From NCBI RefSeq assembly GCF_009914755.1, contig NC_060935.1: a DNA stretch of 64,000 bases; one strand, written 5' to 3'. Source of the DNA: the human T2T-CHM13v2.0 reference genome, Homo sapiens. A model generated the notes under the pieces. The model saw only the letters and a list, made by a program, of their open reading frames with translations, had not been told where the DNA came from and made no database searches. The position numbers were made by a program, and so were the translations under genes. Positions 51,648 through 64,000 of this stretch are shown here, in pieces (the first letter of the stretch is position 1; each line of letters starts with the position of its first letter).

Positions 51648-52858
51648 GGGCACCAGGAACCTTCAATCTGAGCTTCCCTCCAGGTTCCTGGAGAGACCCT
51701 ATACCTGTTACGAGTTGTGTGAACCCAGGAAGAGCATGTACCCTTTTTGTGCTTCTACCAATCAACCCTCAAAACACCACAGCACTAGCTTGGTCTTCAA
51801 GGCCCCCTGACTTAATGCTCCTCCCTGGGTGGAAAGAATCTCCCAGACCCTCCCCACAAGGCCCCCTGAGTATGTCCTTGGCATGGATCCAGCCAGGGCC
51901 CCCTCCCTGCTCTCCCTCTGATTTGTTCATGTCCTGCTCGTAAAGCCAGTACACAAATCTCCCAGAAGGTCTGCTGCAGGGATCATGGAGACCATAGAAA
52001 CACAGAGCCCAGCAGAGTGCCCAGCAATAAACAAACAGGGACCAGGAGACCTCTCTCCGCACACCCCTTCCTCCTCCAAGAAGCCTTCCAAGATTAGCCT
52101 CACTTCGCCCAAGTGCTCCACCAAATCTCCCTCACCCCAAACACATATCTACCCTGTCTGGGGATGCTCCCTGACAGCCGGGCATCCCAGCAGATGGCAG
52201 GAAGGGAGGGCGTCTGTGAAGGAGATTAACATGGAATATCCACAGGAGCCAGAGGAAACTCAAGAAAACACAGGGTACCAGAAGCCCCAGAGGGGAAACA
52301 GTTCTGAGGAGGGAGGGCATGCCAGATGAGGCCTGAGAAGTGTCCCAGGATTTGCTGACATTTGGCAGTGGGAGAAGGGGACAGGGTGTGAAAGAGCACA
52401 CCACCAGGACCTGGGCAGTCCCCTCACCCCCAACCCTACCCCGCAGCTTTCCGTTTCCTACACATGTTGCCTCTTGATGCCGGCATGGACCCCGATACCC
52501 TGCAGTATCTCACAGTTGCCAGGTCCCAAGCTGAACTCGACTTCCTCCCAAAGTCACTTCTGTCCTTGGGTCTCTGGATCAGTGATGGCACAACTGTCCA
52601 CCCAGCCACCCAAGACAGAAACCTGGAGGCCTCACTGGCACACACCCAGCAGCCCAGGCACTGCGCTGAGTACCTGCACAGCTCTCCCCTCCTCCTGAGT
52701 CACCAGACAGCAATCCTGTCCTCCGAGCTTTGCACACGCTGTTCCCCCTGCACTTCCGAAGTGCCTTTCTTACCCCAGCACCAAAGGCCACAAACTCCCC
52801 ATCTACCCTCTGGGATCCTCTGCCTGTGCGCCTCCCACCCTGGGTGGCATCCACTCAC

Positions 52859-53367
52859 CTCACCAGCAGGCGGGGGGGTCCGGTGCGGGGCGGCACGGGT
52901 GGAACGCTCAGCTCTGCCAAATGCCGCTTAGCAGGCAGCGGGGGCAGCACAGGGTCTGGGGCAGCTGTGGATGGGGTGGTGAAGCAGGTGGGCGGAAGGC
53001 AGCTCCTCCGGGGCGGGATGGGTGGGGCAGCGGGGAGCCCCTCATCCTCTGTAGTGGTGGGCAGCGGCTCGGGTGGAGTGGCAGGCACAGGTGGTGAGCG
53101 GAAGATGTGGCGCTTCATGGGCACAGGCCGTGGGGTGGGGCGGGGTGCAGGGGCCGGTGAGGTATGGGCACGGAGCAGGCCAGCCAGGATGCGGCGGCGG
53201 TGACCAGGGAGTAGCATGCCCATGTCCATCAGGCGGGTGTCGCTGAGGCCTTGGCACTCAGTGGCCCACACCAGGCCATGCTGCTCAAAGAGCCCCGTGT
53301 ACTGCTCCAGGTGCAATGCCCGCAGCCACTCGGCCACCGATAGCGCAGCATCCCCAGCCTCTGCCAT
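52859..53367 (-). CDS. ARAP1: ARAP1 exon 3 coding part: SAM domain plus Pro-rich region (exon begins at 53411)
   Basis: ACCATGG Kozak; MAEAGDAALSVAEWLRALHLEQY...GHRRRIL SAM motif; 509 nt; donor AG|GTGAGT. Confidence 0.97.
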
Positions 53368-54547
53368 GGTTCCTGCCAGCGGAGGCCTGACTGGCAGGGC
53401 TTTGTCCAGAGCTAGAATAGACAGACAGGCACAGGTCAGAGGCAGGGCTGCCGAGGATTGGTCCCCTCACCAGCAGCCTGCATGGCTCTCTCAAGCCATA
53501 GGTTCAAGTTCTGTCCTGGAGCTTCCTCCCCTGTGCTCCATGTGCTAAGCAAGGCCAGGTACTGCCAGGTCTCTGAACACACAGGCTCTTCTCTCCGCCT
53601 GAACCCCCTCACCCCTTCCCTTGTGCTATCCCAGCATCCAGCTCATGTTTTCTTCTCTAGGAAACCCTCCATGATCTCTGGGGTTGGTACCACCCCACAC
53701 CCCAACACACAGCCTTGGCCACTGCCGTGAGAATGGCCAGTGGCATGATTGGTGCTGTGTCTTATACCTCCTCCCCACTGCCCTCTGCAAGACCCACGGC
53801 AGGGCTAATTCCCTCTGAGGCACCAGTTCCCAGTGAGGGCCAGGCCAAGGGCTTAGCGAGCATTGAAGGATACCACTGCTGGTCCCTCCTGCAAGCCCAG
53901 TCTGGGAGCCGAGACTAGCCTCCCCCTACCTCCATGCCCCTGGAGGAAGTGAAATGCTGTGGGACGTGAGTAAACCCAGCATCACATGGCCTCTGGGGGC
54001 CTGGCCCTGGAATTGGGTAAACCCTCCCATCACTAAGGCCATTCATCCATTTGTTCTTTCAAAATAGCCTGGCACTAGGCAATGGGGACTCAGGCTCTAC
54101 CCCTGCACCCTGTAATCAAGAGCTCCTGGCCTGGTGGGAGTCAAGAGGTGATATGAAGAGGTGACCAAAAGAGGTGATTAGCAGATCAAAGGGAAAAGTC
54201 ATCTGATTATCTCCACAGACACTAAAGAGGCATATGATAAAACCCAATATCCAGCTTACTTACACAAACAAAAATCTTACTAAAACAGAAATAAATTGAT
54301 ACTTTCTTAAATGAGAAAAGAATATCCATTTTACTGTTGTTATTATTATTCCTCACATTGCTCTGAAAGCTCTGGACAACAAAAATAAACAAGAGGTCTT
54401 AAAATCAGAAAGGAAGAGATAAACTATCCATTTGTTGCCAATAATATGAGTGTTGAGTTTGAAAGCCCAAGAAGGTCAACTGAGAAACTATAACAACCAG
54501 TAAAGACTTTAGTAAGACAGTTGGGTTCAAAATTAATATAACAGACT

Positions 54548-54882
<335 letters not shown>

Positions 54883-55548
54883 TTATAAGCAACAAACAGG
54901 TAGAAACCAGGATGAAAGACCCCATTTACAAAAGCATCACAAAATAGAAAACACCAATAAACTTCCTAAGAGATAAACAACAGCGATAGGAAGAAAAATT
55001 GGGAGTGTTACTGAGGGACAAAAAGAAGACCTGGACAAATGGCAGAGCACAGTAAGTTCTGGATAGAAGACAACATAAAGAGATTAATGATGTCTAAGTT
55101 ACTTTATAAATGTACACAATCCAATTAAATATGTACAGAATTTTTTTTGAAGCTGATTTGAAATTTCATGTGGAAAAATAAGCAGGAAGAGTGAGGAAAA
55201 TTCTGGAAGCAGGGGTGGAGGGCGGGGAGGGTAAAGAGTAGGAGTCAACCTCACCACATGTTAAAACATATTATAAAGCCACAATGATTAAAACAGTATA
55301 TGGTAACAGTGCATGAACAGACAGATCAATTAAACAGAACAGAAAGTTCAAAAGTAGACCCAAATACATATACAAATTTAGGATACACTAAAAGTAGCCT
55401 CTCAAACTTGTGGGGAAACAAGGGATTCTTAAGTTGTTGGGACAGCTGTGGAGTGCTCTCAAAAAAAACTAATGTGGATCCCTATCTCACACTTTACAAC
55501 AAGAAACATTACAGCTGTATCAAAGACTTCAGTATTTTAAAAAACCAT

Positions 55549-56179
55549 GGCTGGGCAAGGTGGCTCACACCTATAATCCCAGCACTTAGGGATGCTGAGG
55601 CAGGCAGATCCCCTGAGGTCAGGAGTTTGAGACCAGCTTGGCCAACACGGCAAACCCTTGTCTCTACTAAAAATACAAAAAATTAGCCGGGCATGGTGGC
55701 AAGCACCTGTAATCTCAGCTACTCAGGAGGCTAAGGCAGAATTGCTTGAACCCAGGAGGTGGAGATTACAGTGAGCCGAGATCACTGCACTCCAGCCTGG
55801 GCAACAGAGAGAGACTCCACTTCAGAAAAAAAAATAAAAAATAAAAAATGAAAGGATTTACGAAATCATCCTAGGGCTGGGTATGGTGGCTCACGCCTGT
55901 AATCCCAACACTTTGGGAGGCTAAAGCAAGAGGACTGCTTGAGGCCAGGAGTTTAAGACCAGCCTGGGCAACACAGCAAGACTCTGTCTCTACTAAAAAA
56001 AAAACCTAAAAATTAGGCAGCTGCACACTTGTAGTCTCAGCTACTTGTGAGGATGAGGTGGGAGAATTGCTTGAGCCTAGGAGTTCAAGGCTGCAGTGAG
56101 CTATGATCACACCACTGCACACCACTGCACTCCACCCTGGGCAACAGAGTGAGACTGTCTCTAAAAAAAAAAAAAAAAA
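55549..56179 (+). mobile_element. Tandem AluS (55549-55848) and AluJ (55875-56179)
   Basis: Two consecutive Alu bodies with A tails. Confidence 0.85.
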
Positions 56180-56678
56180 TCATTTCAGAGAGGCAAAAGC
56201 CTTCTGGAAATGAAACAAGTCCAGAAGGCACACAGAAAAGACTGAAATATTCAACTCTACAAAAATCAAGCACTCTTGCATGGTAAAAAGCACCATAAGC
56301 AAAGCCAAGAGCTAAACAACAAACTAGGGGATATCTGCCACTCATATTCCACACAAAGGGCTCATTTTCCTAAAAGTTGAAAAGCATGCAGAAATAAGAA
56401 ACGGATCAATAATCTAACAGAAAAATGGGCAAAGAGTATGAATGAAAAAATTTACAAAAAGGAAAATATAAATGGCTCTTAAATATCTGAAAAGGAACTT
56501 AACCTCCCCCACACTAGGAAATATGAATGTAAAATATTTTGAAATACTGCTTTCTACCTATCAGATTGTCAAAGAGCAATAAAGTTGGAAAATACAGGCA
56601 TTGGTGATGTGGTAGGGCATCCCCTCCCTGGCTGTGGAATGCCTCTAGGCATGAAAGCCCTAAGAGATGCAGATGTCT

Positions 56679-56984
<306 letters not shown>

Positions 56985-57475
56985 TTAGCCTGCATTTTTA
57001 CTGGCACCTGCCAGAATTGACATATATAGAAGGTTACTAGCTACAGTGCCTGTGTTTAATAGCAAAAGAATGGAAATAACCAAAATGGCCATCAATGGGA
57101 GAATAGTTAACTAAATTATGTTGTAGTTGTGCAATAGAATACTGAGCGGCCATAAGAATGAGGAAACTCCTCACATATTGACATGGGATGATCTATAAGA
57201 TACACTGTTAAAGGAGTAAAGAAAAGTGCAGAACAGTTTGTGTAACATTCTCTCTCTGTGAAAAAAACAAGGGGGAGCATGGAGTAGTGTGCAGCTACTG
57301 GTAAATGAACAAAGTATCTCTGAAAAGACACATGAGGGCAAGGTGACAACAGTTATCAGCTTCCTCCTAGGACGAAAACTAAGGCCTGAAGGGACAGGAG
57401 GGAACAGTGGAAGATGCAGAGTTCACAGGGCCTGAAGTTCATGGGACCTGAAGCTTACACAATTTAAGTGCCCTC

Positions 57476-57881
57476 TGATATGGTTTGGATGTTTGTCCCC
57501 TCCAAATTTCATGTTGAAATGTGACCCCCAATGTTGGAGGTGGACCTAGTGGGAGGTGTCTGGGGTCACGGGGACAGATCCCTCATGAATAGCTTGGTGC
57601 CCTCCCCATGGTAACAAGTGAGTTATCACTCTATTTGTTCATGTAAGAGCTAGCTGGTTAAAAGAGCCCGGCTTCTCTCTTGCTTCCTCCCTCACCATGT
57701 GACATGCCTGCTCCCGCTTTGCCTTCTGCCCTGACTAAAAGCTTCCTGAGGCCTCACCAGAAGCTGAGCAGATGCTGGTGCCATGCTTATACAGCCTGCA
57801 GAGCCCTGAGCCAAATACACCTCTTTTCTTTATAAATTACTCAGGGTATTCCTTGATTGCAATACAAAACAGACTAACACA
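57476..57881 (+). mobile_element. MaLR solo LTR (MST family)
   Basis: TG...CA ends: TGATATGGTTTGGATGTTTGTCCCC ... CAGACTAACACA. Confidence 0.85.
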
Positions 57882-58752
57882 TTCTCCTTAAGAGTATCTC
57901 ACTTTTGCAAAATTCACAAAAACACATGACCACATGCACACACTGTTCAGGACCCTCTTTAGATCCTGGAAGGAGCCCTGCACCTCAAACTCCAGCTTCC
58001 CTGGAAATCCACCTCTGAGGAGAGGGAGACTTTTCACTTCAACATATAAAGATGTCAGTTCCTCCAGGGTTAAGCTAAAACTTTAACACCATCCCAACTA
58101 AAATTACCAGCTGGAATTTGTTGAGACCAGCAGATTCTAAAGTTCATATAAAATGATATTAGAGATGTGTTAAGTGGAAAAGCAAGATGCAGAACAGTGT
58201 TATGTAAACATCTCGGTTAAAGAAAAAGAAAAAAATATACATATGTTATATATATATGCAAATATAAACACAGAAAACTGGACGGATATATATAAAACTG
58301 AGTTTGGGGAGGGGAATTGACAGCTGGGAAGACAGGAGACACTATACCCTTCTGTATCTTTTAAATTTTGTATCATTTTCCAAAAAGTAAATAAAAATTA
58401 AAAGGGAATGTGATAACCATGAATAGAGCCTGAGAATGAGAAAGGGAACAAAACTTGCCAGGCAGGGAGGGGAATCCAGTGAGGAGATACATAAACACAG
58501 ACCTGCAATTCAGCCTGCTGGCCCCTGCCTTGTCCCTCTGTCTCGTACCCCCACCCTGTTCCAAGGTTCCAAGGCCTGCTGGGAGGCTCGTAGCAAGCTC
58601 TCTGGGCCTCACCCTCTGCCTCTCAAGCTCAGTTCTCAAAATGGAAAATGGGCTATCAGGTGTCAGCCTCCATCAAGCCTTCCCCGACCTCAATGTTAAG
58701 GCCTAGCGTGCCACAGCCAGCCCTGTTCCCACCGCTCCACCTCCTGACTCAC

Positions 58753-58835
58753 CAGCTGGGCTGCCAAGGACGCCCGGGTCCTCCCAGAGACAGCAGCTAT
58801 TCTGAAGGGCTCCTCATCTCGGCCTGAGGCGGGAG
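58753..58835 (-). other. ARAP1: ARAP1 non-coding exon 2 (83 nt); exon 1 lies beyond the right edge
   Basis: Pyrimidine tract plus CAG acceptor (58838-58836), donor CTG|GTGAGT, GC-rich island among repeats. Confidence 0.8.
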
Positions 58836-58943
58836 CTGCAAGGACAGGGATGGAGGAGAAAGCCCGTGAGGCAAGGCCACTATGAGATGCCAGAGAAGGA
58901 GAGGGGAAGAGGGAGAGGGACAGGGAAAAGGAAAGAAGAAATG

Positions 58944-59309
<366 letters not shown>

Positions 59310-60054
59310 TCATGCTCATGGAAACTGGCAACAGAAGTCAGACCAGAGGAAGGCCTTCCTGGAGGGAGAAGGCAGACAGACAGGCCTGTCCAGATGTGGG
59401 GGCTGCACAGGTGGTAAAGAGGAGTCAGGACTTCCCCACTCTCTGGCCCTGCAAGACCAGTGCTGGGATGTGTGTAGGGGCAGACTGTGGAAGGGACAGC
59501 CCCAGGAAGGGTGAGGAAGGGACAATGCAGCCCTGCGACTAAAGAGGTCTCCCTGACACAGAGCCTGTCAGGAGAGGTGGGGGACCTTAGAGGACCCAGG
59601 GACACAGGACCCTCTCCACTAAGCCTGGGGACCATGAAGTGGCCTGAGGGCACAAGTAGGGTAACTGAGTCAGGGGCATGAGACCCCAGGGCCCTGCCCC
59701 TAAATATGTAGGGGAGGTTGAGGAAAACAGACCAAAAGGGGATGCTTCCAGGCAGGAGGAGAAAGAATAGGATATTCCTGACAGGCCACCACCCTTGCTA
59801 TGCAGACAGCCGGAGCTCTGTGGGGCTAGGGACCAGTGGAGTGGCATGGACAGGTCTCCCTCCCCAGGACCTGGAACAGTCAGGTCTGCCAACACTAGGG
59901 TTAACTTCAAAACTGCTGTGCTCTGCATAATGGCTTCAGTAGGTATTCATGAACATTTTACATCTTACAAACACATAAACAGGTATTTATCTTAAGCAAA
60001 CTCCATGATTATCACTGCCTAGGATAGGGCTAAAACAGGTATACATTTTTTAAA

Positions 60055-60659
60055 TATTTTATTTTAGTTTATTTATTTTGAGACAGAGTCTAACTCCGTT
60101 GCCCCAGCTGGAGTGCAGTAGCGCAATCTTGGCTCACTGCAGCCTCCACCTCCCAAGTTCAAGCACGATTCTCTTGTCTCAGCCTCCCGAGTAGCTGGGA
60201 CTACAGGTGCGTATCACCATGCCCAGCTAATTTTTGTATTTTTAGTAGAGACGTGGTTTTGCCATGTTGGCCAGGCTGGTCTCGAACTCCTGACCTCAAG
60301 TGATCCACCCACCTCAGCCCCCCCAGTTGCTAGAAGTACAGGTGTGAGCCACCACACCTTGCCTTATTTTATTTTTGAGACAGGGTCTTGCTCTGTTGCC
60401 CAGGCTGGAGTGTAGTAGTGCAATCATAGCTTACTGCAACTTCCAACTCCCAGGCTCAAGCAATCTTCCTGCCTCAGCCTCCTGAGTAGCTGGAACTACA
60501 AGTGCATGCCACTGTGCCCAGCTAATTTTGTTATTTTTTGTAAAGACAGGGTCTCGTTATGTTGCCCAGGCTGGTCTCAAACTCTTGGCCTCAAGCAATC
60601 CTCCCACTTTGACCTCCCAAAGTGCTTAAGATTATAGGCATAAGCCACTGCACCCAGCC
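60055..60659 (-). mobile_element. Two tandem antisense Alus (AluS 60055-60364, AluJ 60365-60659)
   Basis: Alu bodies with T tails. Confidence 0.85.
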
Positions 60660-60962
60660 CAAAAGTCAATACTTAAAAAACAACCTTTAAGTAGCTAGCA
60701 CTTCAGATGAAAGCATTGGCAAAAATGGCAGTGCTACTCAAACGACAATTTGAAACAAGAAAAAGAGACCACATAAACAGTGCTTACTGCATGCCAGGTA
60801 TCCAAGTACTTTATATTAACTCATTAAAGCCTCACAGCAGCCCCAGGAGATACATATGATTGCTATCCCTGTTTTAAGGTGAAGAAACTGAGATAAAGGG
60901 AGGTTAAACAACTTTCCAAAGCCACACACCTAAGAAGGAGGCAGTATGAATATAGTCTAGCC

Positions 60963-61210
60963 CTGTGCTGTCCAATAGCAGCCAGCAGTAGCCACACGTG
61001 GCTGTTGGACATTTGAAATGTGGTCCCTGGAATATGATGTGCTAGATTTTGAACACAGTGGATTTTGAAGACTGAGCACAAAAAAAAAAAAAAAGAATGC
61101 AAAATATCTCAATAATTTTCCCTATTGTTTACATGATGAAATATATTATTAACATTAATTTCACTTGGACTGTTTAAATTGCATTGTGGCTTACACTCTA
61201 TTCATACTGG
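60963..61210. mobile_element. MER3-like DNA transposon relic
   Basis: CTGTGCTGTCCAATAG...GCCACACGTGGC...ATTTGAAATGTGG. Confidence 0.6.
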
Positions 61211-61219
61211 AGACTGTAG

Positions 61220-61892
<673 letters not shown>

Positions 61893-62476
61893 TTAACACA
61901 GATTGATAGATGACGGTCCCAGCAACCCCACTGGAATGACCAGGTCTGGGAAACAGGAAACTACTTATCTCCCTGAGAAAAGCCTGGCTCCCTACTGGGC
62001 CTCTCTCAAGTTCCTATTCCTGCACTAAGGGCATCTGGCTAACATCAAAGACACGGTGACTCGGCACTGACACCTCTTTGGAACAGCCATGTTCAAGGCA
62101 CTGGAAGCATGAACCAGACCTCAGACCTGGACTGGCCCTCCAGGAACCTCGGGCTGGAAGGGATCAGATACCATCAACCAGTGAAAACAGCCCAGGGGGC
62201 CCTCAACCAGGCTGAGGTAAGGGAAGGCTTCCCGGAGAAAGCAGCAAATTGAAAAAAGAAGTTCAGAGCAGTGCCCTGCTAAGCCACACTGCAGCCTGAG
62301 GCAAAGACAGAATCATCAGTACTGTTCCTCTCTTAATTTAAAATGTTAATGTTTTATATTTTGCTCATCATGGATTTTTGGCATTAATTTTTATTTTTTA
62401 AATGGCATTAAATATTATATACCTTGAATACTGACCTTTTTAAAATAAATAGTTATTGCTTTTACATTTTAGTTAC

Positions 62477-62712
<236 letters not shown>

Positions 62713-63865
62713 TAATCCAAGCCCTAGTTTGGAGGTTTAAGCCCCTCAGCTGCTATGACACATCACTGAGTCCTCATCCTCAGGAAGGCAGGGACCTGGC
62801 AGAAGGGAGTGTCATCCTGTTGCGACAGCACAGCCAAGAGCTGAGGGGTTTCCCTCCTCTCCACCCTAATGGCCCAATCAGACTTCAGCACCCCCACACC
62901 CCCATCCTGCCTCTCCTTCTCTCTCATGTCCCTCCAGCGTCTCTCCACTGTGCCAACTACAGTCCCACCCCCACTCAAAGCCTTTCCATGGTTCCCAGTG
63001 CCTTCGAGCACTCCTTGGTCTGTCATTCAACTTCATCCAGCTCTGACGTTTACAGACGAAGAAACAAACACCCACAGGGAGGAAGTGACTTGCTCAAGTT
63101 GTCAGTGACATACCCCAACCCCCAGCCAGGCTGGGCTGGCCCTGTCCATGACTTCCTCCATGTCACTTCTCACAGTAGGCACTGGCCTGGCAAACAGGGA
63201 GCCCCCAAAGTTGTCTGCTGACAATGAGTGAGTAAACCACATCCTCCCATCTTCAGGTGGCTCCAGGCCAGCTCCTCCAAAAAGTCTGCCCTGACTGCCC
63301 CCTCAAGCTCCTAGTCCTCTGAGGCTGAGCCCCATATCTCGGCACTGCTTCTGCTCTCTCTTTGGTTGCTTGTTTTGTGGGGGTCCACCTCCACCCAATC
63401 CCCCATGTATCCTGGAGTATCCTGAGAGTCCATACCCCTTCTTATCTCCTCTGCTGTCCACAGTGGTGCCCAGGACCTGGCTGGGCTCACAGGTGCACTC
63501 AGTCCCAGTCCAGAGGTAAGGGTCGCCTGGAATCTCTAATCCTTGTCAGCCAGTCCTTCTTCACGTCTGGCTTGAGTACTTCTTGCTGGAACCAAAACTT
63601 TTGCCCTTCTGTCCTCTACCTACCATTTCAACCCCAAGGTCAGAGTTCAAATCTCATCACCCCTTCTCTGTCCCAGCCCAGCAACTCCATGGTAATATCT
63701 CTACCCACTACTGACTAGTGACCTGTTTCACCGGCCCAGCAAGAAGATGACCCAGAGCCTTAGCCAAAGACAGGCACCCTCCAGCTTCCTTCTTTCCCTA
63801 AATGCACACCATTTGGCAACCATGTGCCCAGCCCCTGCTAGATTTTCTCCTTCATCTCATTTGTT

Positions 63866-64000
63866 CTTTTTTTTTTTTTTGAAACAGGGTCACTCTGTCA
63901 CCCAGGCTGGAGTGCAGTGGTGTGATCTCAGCTCACTGCAACCTCAGCCTCCTGGGCTCAAGTGATCCTCCTACCTCAGCCTCTCCAGAGTAGCTGGGAC
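63866..64000 (-). mobile_element. AluJ, cut by the window edge
   Basis: Poly-T plus Alu right arm. Confidence 0.85.

Overview
Human (primate) genomic DNA from the PDE2A-ARAP1 locus (recognised as chr11q13.4); both genes lie on the minus strand. The left end holds the first coding exon and promoter of PDE2A (PDE2A3-type N-terminus MGQACGHSILC...). From about 11.3 to 58.8 kb lies ARAP1. I traced 33 coding exons by hand, all with GT-AG boundaries and consistent phases, summing to 4353 nt (1450 aa plus stop; SAM, 5 PH, ArfGAP, ankyrin, RhoGAP and RA domains). I also found a non-coding exon 2, a probable internal promoter and alternative first exon near 48.1-48.6 kb, and a 33-nt microexon. Introns carry an RPS12 processed pseudogene, many Alus, MER DNA-transposon relics, L1/L2/MIR fragments and an MaLR LTR. 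Nearly all long ORFs in the supplied track are spurious. I see no new gene system. The most unusual signals are: (i) a three-template complex insertion at about 45.05-45.5 kb; (ii) a 31-nt templated patch inside an Alu; (iii) several uORFs, including a CpG in the AUG-free alternative first exon that is one transition from creating a uORF, at the position where I recall the T2D SNP rs11603334; and (iv) an RE1/REST site upstream of PDE2A. Repeat subfamily names and SNP identities come from memory and need checking.
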